In this document: in pieces, positions 17,897 through 26,680 of the stretch
Layout: each line of letters begins with the position of its first letter
Numbering within the stretch: the first letter of the stretch is position 1
NCBI GenBank assembly: GCA_049997855.1
Contig: JBEKSG010000003.1
Location: 4,154 to 68,153, forward strand
Length of the DNA stretch: 64,000 nucleotides
Direction of reading: 5' to 3'
From: Minisyncoccia bacterium
GTDB lineage: Bacteria > Patescibacteriota > Minisyncoccia > Phycocordibacterales > SBAW01
Made by a program: the position numbers and the translations under genes
The notes under the pieces: model-generated
Told to the model about the DNA's origin: nothing
Database searches by the model: none
Seen by the model: only the letters and a program-made list of their open reading frames with translations

Positions 17897-18126
17897 GAGC
17901 AAAAGGAAGCGAGTGATCCGAGAGCTTCGGCAAAATTCTCCTGACCGCATCAAAAGGACTTGTTGGGGGTTGGCCTCAAACCTCTGAATCCTGACTAGCT
18001 CGCAGTCAGACTTTTGTATCGGACCAACCCCGCGGCCTTAGAAGCGAAGGTGCAACCTTGAGGGTTGTTTGGCTTAGATAGAAAAAACCCAGCGTCGACT
18101 GATGACGTTGGGTGTCAGGTGAGCAA

Positions 18127-18303
18127 TCAGCCTTGGAACAGATGGATGAGGCCGCCTATTATTGCGATGAATAAGCTGCTGTACGCCACCACATTCAGAA
18201 TTGGAATCCATCGCTCTGCGAAACGATGTGACTGCTCGCTGCGAGCATATGCATCCGCAATTGCTGTTGCGTATGCGGCTTTATCTTCCTCAGATAGACT
18301 CAT
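18127..18303 (-). CDS. Small hypothetical membrane protein
   Basis: MSLSEEDKAAY... with C-terminal TM segment. Confidence 0.5.
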   Translation of the reverse strand: MSLSEEDKAAYATAIADAYARSEQSHRFAERWIPILNVVAYSSLFIAIIGGLIHLFQG

Positions 18304-18322
18304 TGGTATCTCCTGGGTTGCG

Positions 18323-18763
18323 TTACTTGAAGAGAAGATAACCGTTGTAGCACAGCGCGATAATCCAAAACCCGATAATGATCGCGGCGAGGGGTATGAA
18401 TGAGAACCGCGTTGACCATTTGCTCCGGCGCTTATTGCCAAAATCGGGATCACTGAATATGCGAATACGGACTCTGTTCGTTTCAGAATCGGTATCGAGC
18501 CCCTCAAGCGCCGCCGATTTTCCATCCAAATAATCTGTCCATTCATTGGCACGAATCGCGCCGAGCAAGACAGCGTAATGGACAAGAATGCCCACAAGGC
18601 TCAGCAATGACTTCACTCCCGAAGATTGTGAGCTAGCCAGCACGATAGGTATCGCAATGGCATTAAATGTTAGAAACAATTGCAACCGGGCCCATTGTCC
18701 TTAAACATAACCGTTACGCAAGGTCGCAAGAGCGGCATATATACTCGGTTCGCCGTTTTGCAT
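18323..18763 (-). pseudogene. Membrane protein gene with in-frame TAA (18701-18703)
   Basis: AGGAG SD then MQNGEPSIYAALATLRNGYV*GQWARLQLFLTF.. in frame with ORF 18323..18685. Confidence 0.6.
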
Positions 18764-18975
18764 CGAACTCTCCTGTGATGACCTATTCCGAGTCCATTAT
18801 ATCATAATTCAGAACTTAAATCAAAAAACTGTACTCGTCCACCACATTTGGCACTCAGACGCTGTTAATGTACTCACAATATACTGCAACGGGAAGCGCA
18901 TTCCAAGGCTCTCATGCGGGCGCTCTCTAATACCCTTTCTTGCAATATTATTAGTTTGGTATAACTTTTTAAAGA

Positions 18976-19014
18976 AAATAAGGCGAGCTCCTCCGAAGGA
19001 GCCCGCCTTTATTT
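18976..19014. terminator. Hairpin flanked by A/T runs (bidirectional terminator-like)
   Basis: AAATAAGGCGAGCTCCT..AGGAGCCCGCCTTTATTT. Confidence 0.55.
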
Positions 19015-19096
19015 ACACATGGAACAGCTACTACGGTCGCTCACGTGGAGGCTTTTTTATTTATTTACCTGCGGGTTATACTTCGAGCTGGAAGTC

Positions 19097-20473
19097 ATGA
19101 AAAGTATTTTAGAAAAAACTGCCGAGGAGCCCGCCGTACTTTTGGAGGAGAGCGTCGAGGAGGCGACCTGGCTCGAAAAAAAGTTCATCGGCAAGCGCCC
19201 CTTTAAGCGCGCCGAGGAATATTGGGAGACGCTCGGCCCCGGGCTCATCACCGGCGCCTCCGACGACGACCCCTCCGGCATCGCCACCTACTCGCAAACG
19301 GGCGCGCAATACGGATTTCAGCTTTTGTGGCTCGCCGCGTTTACGTTTCCTCTCATGGCAATCGTGCAGGAAATGTGTGCGCGCATCGGCGTTGTTACCG
19401 GCAGAGGTCTTGCCGCAAACATACGGCGCCATTACTCGCGGCCGGTGTTGTACGCAATCACTGTGCTCCTGTTTGCCGCCAACACGTTTAACATCGGCGC
19501 CGACTTGGGCGCCATGGCGCAAGGCACGCGCTTGCTTGACCCAAACCTCAGCGTTCCTCTGCTCATCATATTGTTTGCGTGCGCCAGTTTGCTGCTCCAA
19601 ATTTTTACCACCTACGCGCGCTATGCAAAATATCTCAAGTATCTTGCGCTCGTGCTGTTTGCCTACGTGTTTTCCGCATTGCTCAGCCATCTCGATTGGC
19701 ACGCAGTCGCGTTTCATTCGCTCATACCGTCTTTGAGTTTTACCAAAAGCCAAATATATCTCGTGTGCGGCATACTCGGCACCACCATCTCGCCCTATTT
19801 GTTTTTTTGGCAGACTTCGCAAGAAGTTGAGGAGGAAAATCTCCGCAACGGCAACAACCACGCCGAAAGCCCAGAGCTTCACCAACATCCGGCGAAAAAA
19901 GGTCTGCGACGCTTGAGGATAGATGTGTGGTCGGGCATGTTTTTTTCCAACGCGGCGATGTTTTTTATCATCGCCGCCTGCGCGGGGACGCTCTTTGTGC
20001 ACGGCATAACCAACATCACGACGGCTGCCGATGCGGCGGCCGCTCTGCGGCCACTCGCGGGCGACGGCGCATACTTCCTTTTTGCTATCGGCATCATCGG
20101 GACAGGCTTGCTTGCGATACCGGTCTTGGCGGGTTCAACCTCCTACGCCATTTCCGAAAGCTTTGGCTGGAAGCACGGCCTCTATCGCAAACTTAAAGAG
20201 GCGTACGCGTTTTACGGCGTGATCATCATCTCGATGCTGTGCGGTATTGTCCTCAACTTTATCGGCCTCGATCCTATCAAAGCACTTATCTATTCTGCGG
20301 TTGGGAACGGCCTGGTGGCGCCGGTGGTGCTCGTGCTTATCGTCCGCATTAGTGGCAACAAGCACATCATGGAAAACTACGTTAATAATCCGGTCATCAT
20401 CTGGCTTGGATGGTTGGCAACAGGGATCATGGCATTAGCGGGCGTGGCAACTATCGTATCGCTGTTTTTCTAG
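19097..20473 (+). CDS. NRAMP-family divalent metal transporter
   Basis: LGPGLITGASDDDPSGIATYSQTGAQYG, GTTISPYLFFWQ. Confidence 0.92.
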   Translation: MKSILEKTAEEPAVLLEESVEEATWLEKKFIGKRPFKRAEEYWETLGPGLITGASDDDPSGIATYSQTGAQYGFQLLWLAAFTFPLMAIVQEMCARIGVVTGRGLAANIRRHYSRPVLYAITVLLFAANTFNIGADLGAMAQGTRLLDPNLSVPLLIILFACASLLLQIFTTYARYAKYLKYLALVLFAYVFSALLSHLDWHAVAFHSLIPSLSFTKSQIYLVCGILGTTISPYLFFWQTSQEVEEENLRNGNNHAESPELHQHPAKKGLRRLRIDVWSGMFFSNAAMFFIIAACAGTLFVHGITNITTAADAAAALRPLAGDGAYFLFAIGIIGTGLLAIPVLAGSTSYAISESFGWKHGLYRKLKEAYAFYGVIIISMLCGIVLNFIGLDPIKALIYSAVGNGLVAPVVLVLIVRISGNKHIMENYVNNPVIIWLGWLATGIMALAGVATIVSLFF

Positions 20474-20509
20474 ACATCGCACGTAGATATCCGTTGTATA
20501 CTATTGGTA

Positions 20510-20983
20510 ATGCCGCAAACGGAGGGACATAACATCTCCTGGGACGTGGTGACGCACGTACACAAAGAGCGCAGCAACGATTGGTATTGGGCGCTCGGTC
20601 TTGTTGCGTTTGTGGGCGCCGCACTCTCTTTCTGGCTTGGAGACATTCTTTTTTCAATCATCATTATTATTGGTGCCGGCTCACTCGGCGTGCTTGCGGC
20701 CCGCGGGCCGCGTGAGCATGGCGTGCATATAAGCGACAAAGGCGTCGCGATAGACGGCACGTTGTACGACTATCGCTCGATCAAATCGTTTTGGGTCGAC
20801 AAAAATCCCGATCGACCGCGGCTGTATCTCATGACGCACGGCATCGTGGCGCCGCACATTACCCTGCCGCTTGAGAGCGTCTCTCAGGCCGACCAGGTGC
20901 GCTCGTTTTTGCGCAGCAAAGTTGAGGAGGTTGAACAAGAGCCGCATTTTGGCGAGCACTTCTTAGAGCTCATCGGGTTGTAA
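20510..20983 (+). CDS. Conserved CPR-type 2-TM protein with soluble C-terminal domain
   Basis: ISW...HKERSNDWYW, two TMs, IKSFWV. Confidence 0.75.
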   Translation: MPQTEGHNISWDVVTHVHKERSNDWYWALGLVAFVGAALSFWLGDILFSIIIIIGAGSLGVLAARGPREHGVHISDKGVAIDGTLYDYRSIKSFWVDKNPDRPRLYLMTHGIVAPHITLPLESVSQADQVRSFLRSKVEEVEQEPHFGEHFLELIGL

Positions 20984-21025
20984 CAAGCTTTACTAAAAAC
21001 GTTTTTTAACGTATTTTAGTTGGAC

Positions 21026-21097
21026 GCTCCCGTCGTTCAATGGATAGGACGTATCCTTGCGGAGGATATGATGTAGGTTCGATTCCTACCGGGAGCA
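21026..21097 (+). tRNA. tRNA-Arg(GCG); integration target
   Basis: Anticodon arm TATCC-TTGCGGA-GGATA, GGTTCGATTCC. Confidence 0.95.
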
Positions 21098-22669
21098 CAC
21101 TATAGGATTTTTGGAGTAGATTTCTTCAAAATCTGTTTGTTTCATTGTGTTTCTTACAGGTTCTAACCGTTCGTGAATACCTTGCACTTCGTGTGCTAGT
21201 GATTTCATAGGCAAGAGCGTTTTTTCCGTGTCCATAAAGAGTTCCTGGAGACTAAGCACGAGGTTCGAGCCGAGTGCGAGTAGGATGGCTTTTTGCTGGT
21301 TTTTCGGGCCTTTCTCAAACCTGTCTTTGGCTTGGGTCACAAACTCAAAGGCGCTTTGCATGTTGTCGGCCCAACTCGTGATACGCCCATCCATGTCGTT
21401 GAGTAGATCGTTGAGTCGCACTTTTTCTTTGAGGGCGGCGTCCTTCTTCTCGCGGTATTCTTCCTCGGTTAACTCTTCCCGGGCCCGCATCTCAAGATAC
21501 CGGTCTAATTTTCTTACGGTGTCATCGTATGCTTTGCGTTGCAAAAAAAGAGTAGCATCGCGTGTACGCGCTTCTTTCGTATTTTCCTGTTCGATCCATT
21601 TCATTGCCCATTGATGAAACTCATCGGGTATTTCCAGCTCATTGAGCCGTTTCAATCCCTGGTTGATGATATCTTTTTCTTTAACAGACTTCTGGCTGCA
21701 TTTCATTTGGCTACGTTTTGAACAATGGTAGTAAGTGTAGCGGTGCACGTTGCCATTTTTTTGCGTCTTGATCTTTTCCTCCGCTGTTATTGCCATGCCA
21801 CACTCTGCACAACTCATGGTGCCTGTAAAAGCAAAAGTGCGAGTTTTGGGCCGGGGCCGGCCTTTTCTACCGAGTAGCACTTGTACCTTGTCATACTCCT
21901 CCATCGTTATCATCGGCTCGTGTGCCCCTTGATACCACTCTCCACCCCACTTAAATGCCCCGTAGTAGAACGGATTGGCAAACATGTGATATACATTGCT
22001 CAGAGAGAGCTTTAACCCGCTTCTAACACGTAAACCCCACTGCTCGGTGGCCATTTCGTGTATTTGATGAGGTCTATATGCCCCGGTGAGCATCATGTCC
22101 CACATTTTGCGCACTAGGTCGTAACGCTCTGGATCTTTGTAGATATCGTTACTGCCTTTGCTTTTTATTTTACTGTTGAGGTAGCCGAGAGGAGGTTGCA
22201 CGGGGTACCAGCCCATCTCCGCTTTCTTTTTCATCCCACGGGTTACATTGACCGACAAGTCGCGCGAATACTGGTTGGCTACGCCAAGCTCCAGACTCAT
22301 CAAGAGCACGTTATCTTGGGGATAATAACTTTTATCAAAAACACGGATGTGTTGGATAACGCCTGTTTGGAGCATTTGGATTATGCCACCACCGTCGATA
22401 AAGTTGCGGGCAAGGCGGTCAAGTTTCCAACACAAGATACCCTGCGCCTCTCCCTTTGAGATACGCTCCAACATTTTGGCGAATATGGGGCGGCCGAGCG
22501 TCTTTGCTGAGCGGGACTCTTGAAGCACATCAATTATGGTCAGCCCTTCCTGGTCGGCAATTCTTTTTAGCTCATCAATTTGGGACTCGATTGAAAGAAC
22601 TTGCCGATCTTCCGACTCGGTAGATTTGCGGGCATACAAGATATATTTTATTTTCGTTTCCTTTTTCAT
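21086..22669 (-). CDS. Large serine recombinase (resolvase + recombinase + Zn-ribbon domains)
   Basis: YARKSTE (catalytic Ser), WKLDRLARN, PPLGY, NPFYYG, HEPMIT, CAECG..YYHC. Confidence 0.95.
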   Translation of the reverse strand: MKKETKIKYILYARKSTESEDRQVLSIESQIDELKRIADQEGLTIIDVLQESRSAKTLGRPIFAKMLERISKGEAQGILCWKLDRLARNFIDGGGIIQMLQTGVIQHIRVFDKSYYPQDNVLLMSLELGVANQYSRDLSVNVTRGMKKKAEMGWYPVQPPLGYLNSKIKSKGSNDIYKDPERYDLVRKMWDMMLTGAYRPHQIHEMATEQWGLRVRSGLKLSLSNVYHMFANPFYYGAFKWGGEWYQGAHEPMITMEEYDKVQVLLGRKGRPRPKTRTFAFTGTMSCAECGMAITAEEKIKTQKNGNVHRYTYYHCSKRSQMKCSQKSVKEKDIINQGLKRLNELEIPDEFHQWAMKWIEQENTKEARTRDATLFLQRKAYDDTVRKLDRYLEMRAREELTEEEYREKKDAALKEKVRLNDLLNDMDGRITSWADNMQSAFEFVTQAKDRFEKGPKNQQKAILLALGSNLVLSLQELFMDTEKTLLPMKSLAHEVQGIHERLEPVRNTMKQTDFEEIYSKNPIVCSR

Positions 22670-23034
22670 AGTAGTTTCGACGTCGAAACGCCGAACGGGC
22701 ACCCTTGTGTTGACCCACGCTTGCTCACGAGGTGAGTAGTTTGCGGCAAGGATGCCCGTACGGCCCACAAAAGGCACAAAAATGCCTCGTGAATACGAAC
22801 GCGGGTCAACATGGTAATTGTACTCCTCAAAGGATGAGTTGCAATTCGAGTTGCAATCCTATACCCCCTCGACTTCGGAGAAGTCGAGAAGTTAGTTTTA
22901 GTCTCCTTAACCATTCGTCTCATTAGTCTGGCCAATATGGCATCTATACTACTGGAGTATTTACCCACGACCTGCTGGAATTTTCTTCCAGTTGTACTGG
23001 AAATTTTAGCATTGTTAGTTTTAGTCATTATCAT
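22666..23034 (-). CDS. Hypothetical protein, ATGA-coupled to the integrase
   Basis: Its stop overlaps the integrase start and its start overlaps the upstream gene. Confidence 0.5.
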   Translation of the reverse strand: MIMTKTNNAKISSTTGRKFQQVVGKYSSSIDAILARLMRRMVKETKTNFSTSPKSRGYRIATRIATHPLRSTITMLTRVRIHEAFLCLLWAVRASLPQTTHLVSKRGSTQGCPFGVSTSKLL

Positions 23035-23446
23035 TTTTGGGTTTTGTAAATGGATTGTTTGGATTTGGCTTTAATAGATCATCGTCGAAACTTCGATGCC
23101 AGAGAGCGTCGTCTTCATCGATATTTACGCGGTAGTAAAGACGGTAGTAGACTCTTTTGTTTTTATTATGGAATTTCTCCAGTGAACCTTTTTCTTGAAG
23201 ACGCCTTGTCATTTTAGATATGTAGTTTACGTCCTTTACGCCGAGCAAAGCGGCTATCCGTTCTCTACCAGGAAAAATTTCACTTGTGGCTTTGTACTGA
23301 AACCCGGCCAAAGTAATCCACAACGACTTTTCTTGCGGCGTTAGTGCATGGTCGACAAGAAATTTTCGTGGCACCATTACAAATTTTGCTCGGTCGGTTT
23401 TCGTGGACGCTAAAAAACTCCTATATGATGCCATTTTTCTCGACAT
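23021..23446 (-). CDS. Winged-HTH protein (phage replication initiator N-terminal-like)
   Basis: LTPQEKSLWITL..IFPGRERIAALLG..RLQEKG. Confidence 0.7.
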   Translation of the reverse strand: MSRKMASYRSFLASTKTDRAKFVMVPRKFLVDHALTPQEKSLWITLAGFQYKATSEIFPGRERIAALLGVKDVNYISKMTRRLQEKGSLEKFHNKNKRVYYRLYYRVNIDEDDALWHRSFDDDLLKPNPNNPFTKPKNDND

Positions 23447-23582
23447 GATTTTCTTTCAAGACCACTCTGTATAGATTCAGAAGATTTGCCGCGCGAAAAG
23501 CAACCTCCTCGTCAGAGAGTTCGACCCCATATATCTCTCGATATATCTCTCGATATTCTTTTAAGGCTTCTTCCGGCAACAT
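23421..23582 (-). CDS. Small helical protein
   Basis: MLPEEALKEYREIYREIYGVELSDEEVAFRAANLLNLYRVV; first gene of an overlapping operon. Confidence 0.7.
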   Translation of the reverse strand: MLPEEALKEYREIYREIYGVELSDEEVAFRAANLLNLYRVVLKENHVEKNGII

Positions 23583-23773
23583 AAATTTGCGCGGAGGGCA
23601 AAACAAAAGCCACTGAGAACGCGACGAAGCACCTCAGTGGCTTTTATTTCGTCGCGTATCAGATTTTTGTTGCTCTCCTACAAACTTGTGCTGACATCTC
23701 AGCGAACAAAGAAAAAACTGTTGTTCCCCAACGGGTTAGTGTTTCTTATTATGCTATTTGCAGCAGACATTTT

Positions 23774-24586
23774 TCAGTCTTTATCCCCTAAAGGGGTCTC
23801 GTACTCAAGTTCTTCATTGAAAGACATACCCGAACGTCGCAACTTTTCTTCTCGTAGTTCCGGCTCTGGTCTTAGCTGGAAGCGCGGTTTATATATGCCA
23901 CCTCTTGGGTCGCTCTTGTAAGAGGATATAGGGTCATCATCTAGCCCGAAAATTTCACGCAGGGCGTGGCCTAGATTCTTTTTTATTTGGTGTACTGCCG
24001 TGTTGTTCTTAAGTTTTAGTGCGTTTCGGATCCCTGTTACTGGAAGCCCGTCAGATAGCTGGAGTAAATTTGCAAACAGTCGGAGAAGTTTCCATTGAGC
24101 ATCAGGAGTTTTTGATGCTGTGGTGGCTTTGTAAAAGCCTAGCATGTCAGCATCATATTTGCCTATAAGTTTTTTTCTCACACTTATCTGGATACTCTGC
24201 GGGCCAACAAACGAAATGAGCACATCTCCCCATCTAAAATCTTTTGGGAGGCCCGGCAGGAGGGTGAATCTTTTGCCGGTTATCTTTTTCAGATAGTTTT
24301 CAATGTTAGCCAGTATTTTTTCTTTATCCCCCTTAACCTGTATGGGAGTGCCCCACATATTTTTGTGGAATGTAACACCCTTTATTGCAGGGATGTCTTT
24401 CCGTAAATTATTGATAGTCGTATACAGCCATTTATTGTCCGCATCATGATATAGATACATAGTGCGTTCGGAAATACCTATACTGAGCCACTTTCTACCG
24501 GGTACGGCGTTTGTTGGGCTTTCGTTTTTAAGGCAATACCGCAGTATCTTAACGGCAGCTATTGCTGCATCCTCGTCGCGCTTCAT
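23774..24586 (-). CDS. Hypothetical protein (possible C-terminal DNA-binding domain)
   Basis: 270-aa ORF with basic helical C-terminal region. Confidence 0.65.
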   Translation of the reverse strand: MKRDEDAAIAAVKILRYCLKNESPTNAVPGRKWLSIGISERTMYLYHDADNKWLYTTINNLRKDIPAIKGVTFHKNMWGTPIQVKGDKEKILANIENYLKKITGKRFTLLPGLPKDFRWGDVLISFVGPQSIQISVRKKLIGKYDADMLGFYKATTASKTPDAQWKLLRLFANLLQLSDGLPVTGIRNALKLKNNTAVHQIKKNLGHALREIFGLDDDPISSYKSDPRGGIYKPRFQLRPEPELREEKLRRSGMSFNEELEYETPLGDKD

Positions 24587-24612
24587 AGACAAAGTGTAAC
24601 GCAAATAGAAGG

Positions 24613-24641
24613 TTGCAACGACCTCCTAAGCGTTGTACTGT
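24613..24641 (+). promoter_or_regulatory. Sigma70-like promoter
   Basis: TTGCAA-17 nt-TACTGT just upstream of a structured region. Confidence 0.45.
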
Positions 24642-24660
24642 TTCTTTGTACAACTGAATA

Positions 24661-24830
24661 GTGCGAAGGACCTAACCCGTCAGTAATGGCGGCAAGGTCG
24701 AAAAGTCTCACACCTGAATACTAACCCCCGTGTTAGCGACTCAGGTGTGAGCCATACCCCGAAAGAGGCATGGGGCCGCAAGGCCTAAAGCTAGCGCGGG
24801 GCTTAGTGCGTTTTAACCCCGCCGCTGGAT
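24661..24830 (+). ncRNA. Candidate structured RNA, family unassigned
   Basis: Five consecutive hairpins, three capped by GNRA loops (GTAA, GAAA, GCAA). Confidence 0.55.
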
Positions 24831-24850
24831 TATTTGATAACGCCAGTGGT

Positions 24851-25993
24851 ATGAAAAGACTCTCGATACCAATTTTTATTATCCTCAGTTTTCTAATTGT
24901 TTCTCCCGCGTTCGCTACCTCCGGTGCGTGCTCGTATCACAGCGGCGTAAACTGCACTCTCGGCCCTGCCACGAATGGTGACGCGATTTGCAATGATGGC
25001 ACCGATAGTGCGACTAGCTACTATCTAACGCAGGAGTGCCAAGTAAACATCTGCGCACCGCAATTTGCCAGTACCACCTACCAGGCTTATGTAACCTCCA
25101 ACGCGTCTTGGCGCAGCAGTTTGAACACAATAATTAGCAGTCTCATCAGCTCCCTGCAAAGCGTGGTCGCGAGTGATCAAGATAGTGAGAAAGTAGCAGT
25201 CGCGGCACTCACACAGTCTTACAACGAGGCTATACAGCAGATTCAACAAGATGAAGATGCGGCAGAAGCAGAGTCTTGTGTCTCAGGCTGTCTTGGAGGT
25301 AATGCTTCTGCTGCACAGTCCGTTCAAAGTACCTATCAAGGCTACATAGCTGAAGCCACAGCCTCGTACAATGCGGCGGTAGCACAAGCGGAAGCGGGTG
25401 ATAATGCATCAGTTGTTCAAGCTTGCATCAATCTTTGGACAAGCACCCAGACTAAAATGACCACGGCCGAGTCATATTGCACCAACACCTACGGACCAAA
25501 CAGCGCACCGCTTCCTAGCAATTTACTTTCGTGTGCTTGCGGTAGTGGGGACACCCTCCAAAACGGTGAGTGCGTTAGCTATTTAAATGCTTGCCAGGAC
25601 ATTTATGGCCAGAGCGCTTTCGCAAACAACGACGGGTCTTGCGCTTGCCCGATAGGATTTAACCCCGACGCTACAAATCACACCTGTGATTATGTAGGAC
25701 AAACTGCTACGCCATCTACTCCTGCACCGGTAGCAATGCTCACGCCTGCTCCTGCGTCCGTCTCAGTCGCTCCAGTATCTCAACCTATCAGGAACACTAC
25801 AGCCAGCATTGCAGTCAAGCCAGAGCGAACAATAGAGCCTGCGAACAACACAGCGTTTCGGGTCCCAACGACCACTGCGGCTTCAAGCGTTCCTCCAGTA
25901 ATAAGTGACAACGCACAATCCCGGGCTTCTGTTTGGCAAACAATAGGCGGCTGGCTTTTGAAGCTCAATCCGTTTTCGTGGTTCACTCACTAA
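24851..25993 (+). CDS. Secreted Cys-rich protein
   Basis: Signal peptide (..PAFA|TS), GACSYHSGV, EGF-like CAC..G repeats, Pro/Thr-rich linker. Confidence 0.75.
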   Translation: MKRLSIPIFIILSFLIVSPAFATSGACSYHSGVNCTLGPATNGDAICNDGTDSATSYYLTQECQVNICAPQFASTTYQAYVTSNASWRSSLNTIISSLISSLQSVVASDQDSEKVAVAALTQSYNEAIQQIQQDEDAAEAESCVSGCLGGNASAAQSVQSTYQGYIAEATASYNAAVAQAEAGDNASVVQACINLWTSTQTKMTTAESYCTNTYGPNSAPLPSNLLSCACGSGDTLQNGECVSYLNACQDIYGQSAFANNDGSCACPIGFNPDATNHTCDYVGQTATPSTPAPVAMLTPAPASVSVAPVSQPIRNTTASIAVKPERTIEPANNTAFRVPTTTAASSVPPVISDNAQSRASVWQTIGGWLLKLNPFSWFTH

Positions 25994-26002
25994 ATCAAAA
26001 CT

Positions 26003-26332
26003 ATGGAAACAATACTACTTTCATTTATTGCAGGGGCGCTGTCGGCGGCTGGTTTAGCATTTTTGTCTTCTGACGAAGACTATGCCGCTCTGATTCTTTT
26101 TTTTGGTGTTCCTATTTTAACCGTGGTATTCTTTTTTGCCTCCTTTTTCCTGTGGAGATATGAGTATGTAATGCTAGGTGCACTCAGCGGTTCCACAACG
26201 AGTATTTCGCAAGAAGGAGACGCTCGCATGTTCGGTAAGACGGTATATGTGTTGTATAACGGTCAGTGGATCATCCCTAACGGATATACAGCGACACAAT
26301 TGGAACAAGCAGGAGTACCAAAGAAACCTTAA
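26003..26332 (+). CDS. Hypothetical membrane protein
   Basis: Two TM segments. Confidence 0.6.
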   Translation: METILLSFIAGALSAAGLAFLSSDEDYAALILFFGVPILTVVFFFASFFLWRYEYVMLGALSGSTTSISQEGDARMFGKTVYVLYNGQWIIPNGYTATQLEQAGVPKKP

Positions 26333-26337
26333 TTTCT

Positions 26338-26643
26338 ATGGGTTATATTGCTCTATTAGGCCTGTTGGTTCCCATGATTGGCTATCTTCTGTACGGCCTT
26401 TGGGGCTTTGCTATTGGTTTTTTTGCACAGTGGTTCATTATAGAATTACTATTTGAGCGCGAGGCGTATCTTGAACTTTCTCGCAAGGACAATGCCCCAA
26501 AGGTATCTTTTGCGTGGACACTTTTTGGTCCGCCTTTCTTTCAACTTATTGCTTTGTATGGGGTATATACGTACTACGGAATTTTTGCCGTACTGGCGGT
26601 GGTGGGATTGATGTATCTGACCCATCTATACGTCATGTCCTAA
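26338..26643 (+). CDS. Hypothetical membrane protein
   Basis: Highly hydrophobic 101-aa ORF. Confidence 0.6.
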   Translation: MGYIALLGLLVPMIGYLLYGLWGFAIGFFAQWFIIELLFEREAYLELSRKDNAPKVSFAWTLFGPPFFQLIALYGVYTYYGIFAVLAVVGLMYLTHLYVMS

Positions 26644-26680
26644 GTGACAGCGAGCATTTAAAACAAGCTACAATCATCCC

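Noticed and set aside
17757-17933. N-terminal extension of ruvX in the ORF track (likewise 29700..29963 and 16123..16455)
   Set aside because: These overlap tRNA genes or real CDSs; conserved motifs begin at the downstream ATG.
18880-19096. Mn-sensing yybP-ykoY riboswitch upstream of the NRAMP gene
   Set aside because: Only a terminator-like hairpin is evident; I could not find the conserved aptamer motifs.
24661-24830. Group II intron fragment or c-di-GMP-I riboswitch
   Set aside because: It starts with GTGCG and has GAGC..GAAA and GCAA..CCTAAA look-alikes, but the domain V pairing, the GGCAAA junction and a proper P3 are missing, and there is no RT gene.
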